DNA of 63,995 bases, filler included, from Phoronis australis (Eukaryota > Animalia > Phoronida), in NCBI GenBank assembly GCA_002633005.1. It is 9 parts of 9 records of this genome, joined end to end, with 100 filler letters (N's around TTAATTAATTAA, not from the genome) between each part and the next. Parts side by side here need not be neighbours in the genome. Positions count along the whole stretch, not along the records: positions 1 to 7,025 come from NMRA01002081.1; positions 7,126 to 10,619 come from NMRA01002987.1; positions 10,720 to 23,450 come from NMRA01001620.1; 6 more parts are not named here. One strand, 5' to 3'. Positions 1 to 13,112 of this stretch are shown here, in pieces. The notes beneath the pieces were generated by a model. That model was not told where the DNA came from, did no database searches, and saw nothing but the letters and a program-made list of their open reading frames with translations. How positions within the stretch are numbered: the stretch's first letter is position 1; each line of letters begins with the position of its first letter. The translations under genes were made by a program, and so were the position numbers.

Positions 1-9
1 ACCAGTGTT

Positions 10-200
10 CTGTAAAGTACAGACCACCAGACCAACACAATACACAGCCCAGCGTACTGTAAAGTATAGACCACTAGACCCCACACAATACACAGCTGTG
101 TACTGTAAAGTATAGACCTCTAGACCCCACACAATACACAGCTGTGTACTGTAAAGTATTGACCTCTAGACCCCACACACTACACAGCTGTGAACTGCCT
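10..200. repeat. 46-bp minisatellite (~4 copies)
   Basis: Unit TGTACTGTAAAGTATAGACCTCTAGACCCCACACAATACACAGCTG; CTGTAAAG recurs at ~10, 57, 103 and 149. Confidence 0.85.
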
Positions 201-373
201 AGTACTTAAACCATAAGACCTCACATAATACACTGAGATTAGAGATCCAAACATTCACAATAACGTATTAAAGTGGCTGACTGAATCCACCTTAAAGTCA
301 ACAGGTCAGTGTCTGGCATTTCAAACACAAGGAAACTCTATACATTTTCAATATTCATCCAAACATCGCCTAC

Positions 374-499
374 CTGGTTCTGGTTTTGTCGCATGACAGT
401 CAGAAGTAGTTTGCCAAACTTTTTATTTTCAGCCATGTTTAATGAGTTCTGCTCCAGCTTTGTCAAGAGTTGAGTTAAGTTTGATGGGTTTAAGTCAAC
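374..499 (-). CDS. FANCE: Fanconi anemia group E protein, C-terminal exon
   Basis: AG/GT-bounded 126-nt exon encoding VDLNPSNLTQLLTKLEQNSLNMAENKKFGKLLLTVMRQNQNQ; resembles the recalled human FANCE segment [42 protein letters not shown]. Confidence 0.8.
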
Positions 500-769
500 C
501 TGAAAGTTATGGATGTTAAAACACTTATTTTTAGTTCACAAAAATGCGAATGTCGAATGAGTAAAAACTAACTTAAAGGTGTACTGCAGACTGAAAGAAA
601 AAAAGACAGCCAAGGCCAGTCACAACAACTATGCAGAAAAGCAACACATCAACTCAATTTACAAGAACTAACTAAAAGCAGCTTACATAACAATGACTCA
701 TTCTCAACCAATCAGCTGGTTTGCAGGTACTAATGTCAAATTAGAAAGTTGTCAGATGACTCAAATTAC

Positions 770-842
770 CTTACACTCCACAAGGCACTGCACAAAACTC
801 AGGTGACTTTCATCAAACATTGGCAGATCTTGTAACGAACAA
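770..842 (-). CDS. FANCE: FANCE internal exon
   Basis: AG/GT-bounded 73-nt exon encoding CSLQDLPMFDESHLSFVQCLVECK; phase-0 join to exon 374-499; resembles human [22 protein letters not shown]. Confidence 0.75.
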
Positions 843-2604
843 CTGCAAAACAACACAGTGACTTCTGTACTATTAAGCAATGGATCTATCAGTGCAGAAA
901 AGCATTCTGGGTTCAGCTATTGAGCTATCCAAAGGGGGTAATAAAACAATCATCTTTTCATTCATGACCACAAATACATAGTTGCAGTGGAAGGGTTGAA
1001 TGGTCAAATTTAAGGATGTGTGACACTACACACTGATGGGAGGGATTAAAAACATTGTTTAACTGAAATCCCTCATTATTGTGCCAGTAAAGTGGAATTT
1101 ATGATTCAAGGGGGGTGTCTGTTCCTTACAAACATCGCTTAACTCACTTTGTCTTTAAGTTGTTAGTGGTGCTGGCATATTTTAGCTCATGACGGCACTT
1201 TAACGTAAAGTGACCTTACCAGATGTAGAGGGTTGTGAACGAGGGATAAAATCTAGCTTCTTTGTTAACTGCCAAGTACAGTCTTTGGTCTGGTATGACA
1301 ACAGGCAGGCCGATTATCTACAGTCAAACCCAGACCGCATTGGTACGTTTGGAAACAATAGAATGTCGTAACTTCAGTTGTAGCTGGGCGATTTTGGCTA
1401 TTCACATGATCATCATTTGACGAGGATTTCAGAAATGCTATTGCTCCATGTTTAAATATGTTATAACTTAACTTATATTTTTCACAGCACAGCCCAGTCA
1501 GGCTAGATACGATATTATTGGAGAATAGAGCAATTATCAAACAAAAAAGAGCTGGCCCTCTGACCATAAATGCCAGAACGGAGTAAATCAGTCGTGTAAG
1601 ATATTGGCTACAGCATGCTATAAACATTCCCACTAAATAAGATTGGTCCTAACCCCAATGGTCAAGGTAAACGGTGGGGTTTGGAAAATTGAACTAGACC
1701 GTATTTATCCACCTTGGCTGAGTCGCGCTCGGCTCACGATCAGAGGGATGCCGCCAAGCTGCTCTATTCATCGAGTCACGAGCGAGGATAATTGGCTTCG
1801 CTCATGCGGATATGATCAGCTGATTACAATCTAGCTAGCAGACTGTACTTTTTATTGAGATAAATTTACGTAGTTTTTGCTGTAATATTTGAAAAGAGGA
1901 GTGAAAAACAAATACGAGTACAACTTTGAATTTTTTAAATCAGCCCAGGATAAGAGATTTTGCAACACAGCAACACTCACGATTACTTTCATTCGGCGCG
2001 TACGAATACAAAAATATAGGACCCAATTTATTTAGATTTTGGAACAAATGCATTGCAATATTCAAAATACATGTATGTTTATTATGAATCTTACAAGCTG
2101 TGAAACGACGTTGTTTAATTTCATTGTGCTCATTCATTGTCATCCGTCAAATCGGCAATTTCCGAGATGTTATCTGCGGTGTGCGCGTATGTACAAAACA
2201 CGTGACTGCTATGTTCCTGAAGTACGAAAATTAAGAAGCTTTAGCATGCCGTTATTATTGACAGGTACACGATAAAACGAATTTGGATTTTGACTATAGT
2301 CTTGATACAGCGAGCTGGCTGACCACTGTGTCAGTGTCTCTGTTAGACCCAGAAATTTCACACAGCCCGGGTAGTCCACCTCGTCCCCAGCAAGTAGATC
2401 GAGCCTTGGACTATAATACTCCACGGTAGAACAAACGACCCTCGGCCTGTTCACACAAAATCTGTGAGTTAACCAGCACTCACCTTGCACGTTGCAGCCG
2501 TTTAAGTGAAAAACAATCTAGTAAACGCCATTTTCTTGCATAATCCTCCGCCTTTTGTAACAAAAAAATCTGTCGTCGATGATCCGCACACACTCACTCT
2601 CATA

Positions 2605-3075
2605 CGCAGACGAACTTCAAAACAAACGTCACGTGACAACAACATGTGTGTTCATCCAGAGATTTTTCTCGTGTTGTGGGGTACGATGTAGCGCAGGTTT
2701 GGACTTTATCACAATTAATCTGGACTCCACATGAACTTTAAAAATTGTAAAACACAAGGAAGATTTCAGGTGAGTCGAAACTATATTTTTATTCAAGAGT
2801 TCAAGTTTTCCTATTGACGATCGCGATTCAGCGACGCATCGGTCGGCAAGTTTTCGCCCTGTGATGAGCACAATTTTTTGAAAAAATATCGTAATTTAAC
2901 AACGGAAGTTGATAGCAATGCACCACAATTTTGTAGAAATACTGTCATAGGCTACAAATACATCAGAGAGCGTAAATTTGATGAATCCTAGGTTCCGATT
3001 TTAGGGCTCGTTTGGGAAACCGGGTTTCAACTGCCGTAGGCTACAATGAGCGTCCCCTCCCCGTGAAATGAATTT
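2605..3075. repeat. Interspersed repeat, copy 1 (copy 2 at ~15780-16255)
   Basis: Shared strings CTTCAAAACAAAC, TGACAACAACAT, CGTAATTTAACAAC, AGCAATGCACCACA and CTGTCATAGGCTACA occur in the same order in both copies. Confidence 0.75.
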
Positions 3076-4558
3076 TTCTAAGCGTTTATTAGATCCAATA
3101 CAGTATACAGCTTTCCACCAAGGCTAAGTGATACTATGACATTATTCTTTGTTGTTAGTAACTGGTCTTGGCTAATTATCATTTTATGGGCTGGTCATCC
3201 ATTCAGCCAAAAGTAGTCCCAGAGTTGGCTTATCAGCTAATTATTCACGCATGCTGACTCACAATAGAAGCCTGATAAGAGTGAAGGTGGATAAATGCAG
3301 TGTTCCTACAGTTTCTTGTGGTAGTGGATGTGTTCACAACATGAGGGGCCATCTTCCCAAATTGTTGTTGGGCTATAGAATCGAACAAGTTCGGTGCAAC
3401 GGAAAAATGACATAATGTAGTTTTGAAAATTACTTTCCCCAATTCATAATTACTAACAACTCCATTGATCTGTGCTTGTGTGAAAACCAACCATTCTCTT
3501 GGTTTTGCCTTCATAAGCTGAAGGCGTAGTTACCATAGTCAGATGAATCAGTTTCCTGATAACAGGTTGTTTTCACTCACTCTTGTGCAAATAAGTGGTG
3601 GATACAACTTTACAGTGAACTATTTTTATTGTTTAAATCAAAGTTGATTCTTGCTTATTTGTGAAAGAATCTTACGTCTTAGACATTTGCTTTTTATGCA
3701 GTCTCCCTTAGATACATAAATGTAGTCCCTCAGTACAAATCTAATGTAAAATATGTTTTTAAATAAACTTGCATTGCATTTTTCTTGGTTTATTGTTCTT
3801 CTTAATTGTTATTATCCATTCAATTAACATGGGTGGTCAGCTACTAGTTGCCCATTCCTTTGCTGGACACCCAGTCATGATTTAAAAAAACGTTTGCTTC
3901 TCTCTCATAAAGTAGTTTGGCCACAAAAAAGAAGTAAATAAATATCACAAAAATTCTTCTTTAAGTAAAAGACAATACAAAAATTACATTATTAGAAAAA
4001 CAACAAAGCAAAAATTCTCCTTTTGAACGGTGTGGCAACTTTCCACTCCGGTGAGTAAGGTCCCAACAGTTAGCACAACATGAAAAACAAGGACAAAAAA
4101 TAGCCTTCCCAGTTATAGTCAGGTACAGTCTTTTTTCTAAAATAAACTTGTACTTTGGGGCACAATAAAAAAATTCTCATGTCTCAGATTAGCAACAGAC
4201 CACCTGAAAATCGTTATCAGGAATTCTCAGTACAAACCACTGATCCAGAATTATTTAGAAAACGGATTATTTCTAGTTATCGTTATCAAAACATACAGTT
4301 TACATTAATATGTCAGAATAGGTTGATAAGTGATAACTTAGGGGTATGTATAATAAAGATATCTGGGTATTGGTGACAATAATAGTGACTAGGTACTGTT
4401 GACTCACTTGATTAAGAATATCCTGTCTTCTGGAGACAAGTTGTCTTTGACAAGTCGACAAAACACCTCACTTTGAGACGAATCTAAAATACAATTCCAT
4501 AAGNNNNNNNNNNNNNNNNNNNNNNNNNNNNNNNNNNNNNNNNNNNNNNNNNNNNNNN

Positions 4559-4624
4559 CTTTGTGGTGACTGACGTGAGGGACCGGTGGAGTAGCCAGGA
4601 GGCATTCTGGCTTACTTCCTGCAC
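4559..4624 (-). CDS. FANCE: FANCE internal exon (truncated by N-gap)
   Basis: CAG acceptor followed by VQEVSQNASWLLHRSLTSVTTK; resembles human [22 protein letters not shown]; phase-0 join from exon 5518-5763. Confidence 0.75.
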
Positions 4625-5517
4625 CTGCAGCACATTAAGGATACTCAGGTTGTGATAACAGAACCAGATATTTTGTTACTTGTACTGCTTGCCTTACAGA
4701 AGCAATTGTTAAAGTGACATAAAAGCCCCTGTGTCTAGGGACATTCATGTTTGGCATATATTATTATGCTTAATTAGTTATTCCTAGCATTATAATAATA
4801 AATAAACAGATCCATTACCGTTTAATACTTAATTTGATAGCATTGTACATTATTCATTATCACGCTCACTAAGTGTTTTCCTATCTCAATTCTGTGAAGT
4901 TGGATTACACTGTAAATAAACTTCAAGTATTTCCAACATTGTGTTGTACTAGGGTATACCAAGTCATCGTTCTATTGCGAGGGTACACAATTACGCCAGG
5001 TTCACAACCAGCCATCACTGAAGTGAATAAACATCTAGTTCCATGAAAGACATCCAGCACTTGTGCTAATTAGTAACGCACACAAGCCTGAATCCAACAT
5101 AACACAATTTACCTGAGTGAGCATTATGAAGATCTGAAGCACTTTTCTATGTTTCATTAACTGTTAAATATAACAGCATTGATCAAACCTAGACAACCAT
5201 TAATATGTTGAACTTATTAAAACTATTGTAAGTTTGCTAACAATCCTTTGATCCACAAAATGTTGTAAAGCACAAGAAGAACACGAATCCATGTAATGAG
5301 AGATCACAATGTATAAAAAATGCTTTAATAGAAAGTTGAATGAAACAATCTATAAAAACACATTTAACAAACCCTAGATTCAAAGTTAAAAACCAAGAAA
5401 TGAAGTTTTATGGTATCATCAGAACAGTACTTTTAGGTTCAAGGAATACATTTCAAAGATCAACAAACAAACTTTCGAAAATAAAACAGTTAAAAATCTC
5501 CTTTAACTTGTTATTAC

Positions 5518-5763
5518 CTTTGGCAGTAAACAGTGCTTGGAAAAACACAGACAGCAGCTGTATCCAATCTCTGGCAGCAGTGATACGATGTTATGGCAGG
5601 CTGCTGCTACTGCCACCTCTGGGACAATACTTAGTTCCAACATTTCACACAAGGTGTCCAGTTGGCTCACAGGACAATCGTTAAACACAGACATGTCTTC
5701 ACACAGTTCATCAGGAGTCGCAGGAGGGGAATGAAGCCAGTTCTTGAGGCGTGATATAGAAGC
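5518..5763 (-). CDS. FANCE: FANCE exon, start of C-terminal helical domain
   Basis: 246-nt AG/GT exon encoding ASISRLKNWLHSPPATPDELCEDMSVFNDCPVSQLDTLCEMLELSIVPEVAVAAACHNIVSLLPEIGYSCCLCFSKHCLLPK; resembles human ...[26 protein letters not shown]...[21 protein letters not shown]. Confidence 0.8.
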
Positions 5764-6287
5764 CTGGAACAGGAGTATTGTAAATCATAGATGAATCAAA
5801 AAAATTTCACCACAAAAGACGGTCCTTTGTAACAAGCTCTCCTAGTTGGGATGGTCAAGATTTCAAAGCAAACAACAGGTCTTTGTTCAGTGGATGGCAA
5901 GCATTTTCGTCTCCACACATACAATAAACAGATGGCCTTAAGATAAGAGTTGCCAAACAAATCACAATATTTGTCCACATTTGCGTCATCTGACATGCTC
6001 TACCCAAATCAAATGCGAAATCATTTCATGTCCTGCTTAAAGTCCCTCAAATCTCCCAGATTGCATCAATGCCATTTTCATTGTGTGGCGACTTACTAGT
6101 TAGACAAGTTTAGCTCCCTGGTTGCGTTCCTCGTAAAAGTAACATTGCAGCTTTAAATACACACACTACACGATCAAACTTGTTCATTCAGGTATTGAAA
6201 AGTTGACGTTTGACATGCACGCTAAATACATATTGTGCCGCATTTAACGTTGTTGTACTACCAAAATGAAACTTCAGTTTGAAATAA

Positions 6288-6560
6288 ATGCAAGTTTTAG
6301 ACTCCTACCCGAGGACAATACTGGCTGGTTTCAGTTGCTCAACGCACAAATTTTACAGTGAAACAGGGCGGGATCAGGCATACATGTCTTCCTGGTGGCA
6401 CACAGGTCTAACCAAGAGTGATAGAATTTGTAGTGCGTGTAATATCAGTCAAATTGAGAACGAAATTCATTTTACATGTCACAGCCCTGTCCGGGATCAT
6501 GTGCGCTGAAATATACTGAAAGAACATGACATGTGCTGTCAAAGTAGATCACATTATTTC
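6288..6560 (+). mobile_element. Degenerate 3' end of an RTE-X-like non-LTR retrotransposon
   Basis: RTILAGFSCSTHKFYSETGR...DRICSACNISQIENEIHF resembles the C-terminal RICxxC...IEDExHF zinc-binding motif of LINE ORF2. Confidence 0.6.
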
Positions 6561-7069
6561 AAACGCACGGTCCTTGTGAACGTAAAGGCTGGGCACTTCA
6601 CATTTCAAGGGCAATGCAGTGCTAAGAGAAACTTTTCTCATTGTAAAGTAAATGTAAATGTAAACAGTATTATGAGGCTATGGCTACGTACAACAAACAA
6701 TTCTGATTTCCGATAGTAGACAAATGTAACATGGGCGGATAAACACTACATTGACTCATGCTCTGGCTTGAAAGTTAAAGATGAAACAAAAAATAAAATG
6801 ATAAAAAAATTTGCAGCAGGAGGTAAAATTTGGTCATACCAATTTATTACGAAACGATGGGACGTTTGCCTAAGTAAATATAATTATTTATAAATAGATA
6901 ATGATTCCAATCACTTAAATTCTGGAGTTTGAGCCATCAAACGGGATTTTTCAAAGTGTCAGAAGGCTGTAATACAAGTCTACTGCAGGCAATGGATACA
7001 TCCAACATTTTGAAACTCCCAAGTGNNNNNNNNNNNNNNNNNNNNNNNNNNNNNNNNNNNNNNNNNNNN

Positions 7070-7081
7070 TTAATTAATTAA
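7070..7081. other. Artificial gap linker TTAATTAATTAA (also at 10664, 23495, 36814, 40519, 44503, 59589, 62455)
   Basis: The same 12-mer is centred in 100-nt N-gaps eight times and gives stops in all six frames. Confidence 0.95.
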
Positions 7082-7278
7082 NNNNNNNNNNNNNNNNNNN
7101 NNNNNNNNNNNNNNNNNNNNNNNNNCCTTGGCGTCCGGTTTCTCATATAGGTCTACACTAGAACCAGGCATTGAGCAATCTTAAAAGAAAACTAGTTTAT
7201 TGCAAAATTCGACAAATCACTGCAGGCAAGACAATATTGCCGATGTCCTAAAAAAAACCCAAATGAATGTATTTGTAG

Positions 7279-7499
7279 ACCTCAACAAGCCCCTGCAGGG
7301 TGATGAAGGAGAAGTTGAAACAGAGCAAGGCTGCGCCCGCGAAGTCTACCTCAGCCACGTGGCCGATAGCGCATTTACAGCATCCTCTTCATACAACAAG
7401 GCTTATTATCCTCAAAGGTCGCGTCTGCACAACACAGCTATGGGTGGTTATCAGGGCGGCTGGATGCCACGCAACAATGACAAAAATCCATGGATTCAG
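7279..7499 (+). CDS. Exon of an F5/8 type C (discoidin) domain protein
   Basis: TAG/GT-bounded exon encoding ...GCAREVYLSHVADSAFTASSSYNKAYYPQRSRLHNTAMGGYQGGWMPRNNDKNPWIQ; carries the discoidin motifs TASS, RL, W.P and PWIQ. Confidence 0.85.
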
Positions 7500-8559
7500 G
7501 TTAGTCCCATTGTTTGATAATCAAAGAATTTAAAGTAGATGAAATTACTGATCAGCTTTTTCGCACGGAAGACAATGACCGCAGCTTGGGAGGTTAAGTT
7601 CGAGTGTGGAAGTTGGTATTTTTCAATCATTGGAGATTAAACCGAGTTTTAATGATTTCCTACAAAATCGGTTGTGCCATCTACATGAAAATTTATATGT
7701 ATATTTGTATGATGTATACGAGACAAGTTTTGTTGAAAGTGACGTTCCATTTGTTTTTAATGGCCTTAATAGATAAACGCGGTAGACTGATCTCGCGTCA
7801 GACGTCATTTGATGGCAAAGATGACCCAGGCTTTTGGCAGCGAGGAAAGCACAAAAAGCCAATATTACAGGCTCCACATTCAAACCATGTAACGAGAATA
7901 GATATGCAGTACAATTGTCCGGTAGTTCGTGTCTCATGAAACTTGTTCAGGTAAGGTCCATAATGGGTGATCATGAAGAAAACATCATATAAACAAGAAC
8001 TCGATCACACACACAAAGAAACTATCTCCGACCATTCAACTACGCAAGTCCAAAACCCGGGAAAATCCAGTGTCCAGCTGACTGGAATTTGATTGCAAGT
8101 GACTCCAACGTTTGGAGGCGCTGTTCATCAGGTTCAACTAAACTTGTCTCAGTGAAAATTTGCTGCTGAAATACTGTGGCATATGTATATGTATATAAAG
8201 GTGAGCGATAAGTTAATGTTGACTATTTAGCTGCTAAAGCGCCCCACTGTGGTATTTTTCAAACCTTCTTTTCTTAAAGAGCTCTCAATGGAATCTATCA
8301 TTTTTGTTCACAAATTTAATACGATTGATTACCTTCGCTATCAAGGCTCCACTTTCTTAAATTACTGTTTGAGTATTAATGCTTGTAGTAGGCCCATAAA
8401 ACCCTTGACGATCACAGTTTTTTAACTTACTCCACCAATGGATTCACCGCTAACATGTGGCGGTTTTAGCTAACACTCTGACTAAGAACCCCCGCCTGTC
8501 ATCTCTTTCTGTTCTCGCCATTTTTTTCATACAATTATTGGCAATGAGAACATTCGCAN

Positions 8560-8608
<49 letters not shown>
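8560..8608. repeat. (CA)n microsatellite
   Basis: Uninterrupted CA run. Confidence 0.95.
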
Positions 8609-8611
<3 letters not shown>

Positions 8612-9116
8612 ATCTTCTTGACTACAAAGAAAAACAGTTTCAAAGTTACACCATCTTTTCTGAATTCGAATCGATACGAGCACTATACTTTTTAGTCATA
8701 AAATATTGTTTGATCAAGTACTACTTAGAAGCAATCTTTATGATCCGAACCTTTGGGTGTAAATAAACTGTTTACCCAATAATAAAACCATGTTTTTAAA
8801 ATTTTCCTTTTTATCAAAACAGCCAAAAATTACATTGTTGCAAGCGCGCTCGCCATTTTGCCTCATGGAGTTGTTCAGAGAAGCTCAGACTTTGAGAATG
8901 ACTTTGGTGTGACATAGTCTTCAGCTCGAATTTTACATTTCTTGGTGAATGTGCATAGGATTCAAACAACAACGCGACTGCTTTACACCAAACACAGATA
9001 ACTGCCTGTAATGTGCCAAAATCCAAAACCGGTGACTTGGATATTATATTCGCGTTTGTATGATATTTTATTCACTTACACACAATTGGCAAACGCATTT
9101 CTTCATATTTCAAAAG

Positions 9117-9246
9117 GTTGATCTTGGAGAAAGCAAACAAGTTGTTGCCGTGGCAACCCAAGGGCTGGAGTCGAGCAGTTACTGGACGACATCCTACGCG
9201 ATCCGTTTCAGTGACGACGGAAAATCCTGGACTGAGCAGCTAAACG
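9117..9246 (+). CDS. Second F5/8 type C (discoidin) exon
   Basis: AAG acceptor, VDLGESKQVVAVATQGLESSSYWTTSYAIRFSDDGKSWTEQLN, GTAAGA donor; continues WIQ|VDLG...TQG...W.TSY...S.DG..W. Confidence 0.85.
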
Positions 9247-10043
9247 GTAAGAAGGAAGTTCAAGCTCTCGTTAATTAAGTTATTTCCAGAAAAATCAAAC
9301 TACATCGAGTAGCATCAGCGGAGAAGTGGTACCGGAAAAGGAAGATGCGTGGCATGCAGAATTCCGTATGTTTGCACTGGTACGGATGTTCTGGTTTATA
9401 CGTCATAAACAGTGGGTTCGAGAATGAACCAGACAATTTTGGAGAATAGTTTTGTTGTTTCCTTGACACTCTGTTCCTCTGAAAGTGTCACAAAACACGA
9501 GGCTGTTAAGAATGCAACCAGTCAGTTTGTTCTTGTTGCAACAGCTGCAAATCCCAAAGGCGTTTATCAGCTTCCAACCGGTCAAAATGTTACTCACCCC
9601 TGTTTTTATTAACCATTGAGAAACAAGAATCACCATGCTTTGACAGTGCTACCGCACGTGAGAAAGAATGTACTGACAGTCCTATAGTATTTATAGCCAG
9701 ACTCCAAAGTCACGTGGAACTTCATTTTATGTTCAACACAACTCACTATTTTTGATTTACTGCTCGTAGCAAATCAAACGTCTCAATGATAAACATCGGG
9801 TAGGAGAAAGCCCCGCATACACAGTACTTGCTTGGTTATACCTGGCAATGCATGCATCACTGGATTAGACACCTTTCTTACACCTTCGAAATTCCATGAG
9901 CAAGATGTAAGTCATTTCACCTCGAAAGTGTAACCTTTCGCTTCCACGAAGAGGGAAGGTAGACTCCAAGAAATGTGACATAAACGTAAAATTGACATTG
10001 TTTAGCCCAGAACCACCACGTCCCTACTAATTCTTGACATAAG

Positions 10044-10300
10044 CATGTGCGCACCCAGCCTTTAATATGGGGGGGGGCTAGAATCTCTGGCAAAGTGGAC
10101 CTTTTGCTAACAAAAAAGCGGGAGGACTAAAAAAAACGGGGTATCACCTTCAGGTCTGTGAGCTGTGCGTCTGCGCCTTTTTAGTGGACTTTTGTCTCGT
10201 TTTCTAGGACTTTTTGTTTCTCTGAGGAGGACCTTTTTAACCACTTCGCCAAATGGGGGAGCTCATTCGAGCCCCCCGAGCCTCCCTGGGTGCGCGCATG
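10044..10300. mobile_element. MITE with CATG(T/C)GCGCACCCAG terminal inverted repeats and 5-bp TSD
   Basis: Starts CATGTGCGCACCCAG and ends CTGGGTGCGCGCATG; ATAAG on both flanks (10039-10043, 10301-10305); related copies at ~43260-43450 and ~54430-54693. Confidence 0.8.
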
Positions 10301-11620
10301 ATAAGCCAACACTAGATTCCAAAAAGAGATTTACCCCAGATTCCACAAATATGGTTCGAAAGTGTTGTTTTTTTTGAAAATCTTCCTTGTTTAAGGGCTT
10401 ACTGAAACAGCAGCAGATTCCTTGGTTAACAGCAAAAACGTTAAAGGGAGCTGCCATCTTGAAGAAAAGTGTACCTGCAGCCGGGCTAGTGGATTTTTGT
10501 CATTCATAGCATGTTCGCAAACACAAGCAAACCAGTTTCACTCAATCTACTTGTAATACATACATTAAAATTACCGCCAAACCTGACTTTCTCCCAACTA
10601 CTAAGCGGCAACAAGATTTNNNNNNNNNNNNNNNNNNNNNNNNNNNNNNNNNNNNNNNNNNNNTTAATTAATTAANNNNNNNNNNNNNNNNNNNNNNNNN
10701 NNNNNNNNNNNNNNNNNNNCGTTCTCAACGATGATGTCAATAGGCCAGTCTACTGTGATTCGTCGAGAGAATAAAAGGGGTTTCTGATGGGGGCATATAA
10801 TATGGGGGGCACAAAATGCGTAGTAATTAGTTAGTGGTTGTGTGGAATAAAACGAAACAAAGATATGTTGCACAAAAGTACATGTATTTAACATATCTAA
10901 AAGACAGTTAGCTCATTTTATAGGGACTTTAATACAGTTGACATTAGTTTCTAAAAATGGCTGCCAGGGAACAGGTGGAAATGGGTGGAGAAATTCTAAC
11001 TTTTATTAGAAAAATTCCTGCGTTCAGGTTGACAAAAGAGGTCGTACACCAATGCACAAAATATTCAATAGTTTAATGAACCATAGACCAGTCTAGTTAT
11101 CAGTCAGTAGTCGTCTGCATGGAATGGATGGATTAAATATATCATCTGCTATGCTGGCTAACGCCTATCAAACTGATTTAAATAGAAAGCAATTCCATTT
11201 GTGATCGACATACAATCAGAGCATTTTGATCAATTGTGAAAAAATATTCATCCAACGAAAATAATTAAAACATCATTTCTTAAGTCTCATAGATAGAGGT
11301 CTTTCAAATGCATGTGTAGACTCTCATCTTGTCTTTTTGCTTGGCTGAAAAAAATTGTTTCTAAAGGGGTGTGACGAATGCTGAGAATATGAATTTTTGA
11401 AAAAAATTGTAACATAAATTGTCTGTGAATAGTTACAATGATGTTAATTTTTTGCTTTATATGATTTAGTGGAACGTTTGTGAAGTACAAAATTTGTTGA
11501 GTGACATACGCCACGAACATTCACTCTGAATTCTAGTACTAAACTGTTCAAACTTTATTGCTCTTTTGCAATTGATTAAAAAAATAAATAGTGTGTAATG
11601 AAAAATATAGTTCTCTTTTT

Positions 11621-11728
11621 TGAAACACACAGATTGGCCTCTCGCATGAAACACACAGATTGGCCTCTCGCATGAAACACACAGATTGGCCTCTCGCATG
11701 AAACACACAGATTGGCCTCTCGCATGAA
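11621..11728. repeat. 26-bp tandem repeat (4 copies)
   Basis: TGAAACACACAGATTGGCCTCTCGCA repeated. Confidence 0.95.
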
Positions 11729-11765
11729 ATCATCACCTCAGGTAAGCCTATGCTGGATATCATGC

Positions 11766-12312
11766 TGACTTTTCAACAATTAATTTGATTAAAGATATAA
11801 AATCCTCACTTTTAATATTTAATTTGATTAAAGATATAAAATCACTTTTCAATATTTAATTTGATTAAATATATAAAATCACTTTTCAATATTTAATTTG
11901 ATTAAAGATATAAAATCCTCACTTTTCAACATTTAATTTGATTAAAGATATAAAATCACTTTTCAACATTTAATTTGATTAAAGATATAAAATCCTCATT
12001 TTTCAACATTTAATTTGATTAAAGATATAAAATCCTCATTTTTCAATATTTAATTTGATTAAAGATATAAAATCCTCACTTTTCAATATTTAATTTGATT
12101 AAAGATATAAAATCCTCACTTATATAAAATCCTCACTTTTCAATATTTAATTTGATTAAAGATATAAAATCACTTTTCAACATTTAATTTGATTAAAGAT
12201 ATAAAATCCTCATTTTTCAATATTTAATTTGATTAAAGATATAAAATCCTCACTTATATAAAATCCTCACTTTTCAATATTTAATTTGATTAAAGATATA
12301 AAATCACTTTTC
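11766..12312. repeat. AT-rich 37/40-bp minisatellite
   Basis: Unit CACTTTTCAATATTTAATTTGATTAAAGATATAAAAT(CCT). Confidence 0.95.
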
Positions 12313-12784
12313 TTTGAAGATGGTAAACATTATGGATGAGAATAAAAATCATTTTGTATCTGACACCTGTTGGCATTTAGGAAAACTATTTTTAGAACAA
12401 GTATAAATAAAAAAGTTGAAACTAGTATTAATTAGACATGGCTGTCCTAGATAGAGAATGGGAAGTCATTTAAAACATTTACTAATAAATAGTCATTGTC
12501 TAAAATGCATTTTAACTATTTGCTTTTTAAAATCAGGACTGACAGTTCTGATTCAAGCCCACGTTAATAAAAATAAAATAAAGTGATATTTTAAAAGTAT
12601 TAGTAACAGGACTTCAGTATCTTCTATACAACAAAATCTTAAGAAGACAATTGGTTCAGTATGGTTCAACTGACAGCATTAACTTGTGGCATCCATATTT
12701 CCATCAACAAAGTAGCTGTCATGCAGTCATGCTGTCATGCAGTCATGCACTCATGCAGACTGTGGGGGAATACATTAAAGTTAG

Positions 12785-13112
12785 AAATACAATTTAGCAA
12801 TACCATTTAGGAATACAATTTAGGAATGCAATTTAGGAATGCAATTTAGGGATGCAATTTAAGGATGCAATTTAGGGATGCAATTTAGGGATGCAATTTA
12901 GGAATGCAATTTAGGAAAGCAATTTCGGAATGCAATTCAGGAATACAATTCAGGAAAACAATTTAGGAATACAATTTAGGAATACAATTTAGGAATACAA
13001 TTTAGGAATACAATTTAGGAATAAAATTTAGGGATACAATTTAGGAATACAATTTAGGAATACAAGTTAGGAATAAAATTTAGGAATACAATTTAGGAAT
13101 GCAATTTAGGAA
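12785..13112. repeat. 13-bp minisatellite
   Basis: Unit AGGAATACAATTT / AGGGATGCAATTT, roughly 25 copies. Confidence 0.95.

Noticed and set aside
1220-1317. Possible missing FANCE exon (minus; IIGLPVVIPDQRLYLAVNKEARFYPSFTTLYI) and overlapping ORF 1265-1633
   Set aside because: It has AG/GT ends and a compatible 3' phase but no resemblance to the expected FANCE segment; the true exon may lie in the gap at 4504-4558.
7070-7081. TTAATTAATTAA as a biological motif
   Set aside because: It is always centred in identical 100-nt N-gaps, so it is an assembly linker.
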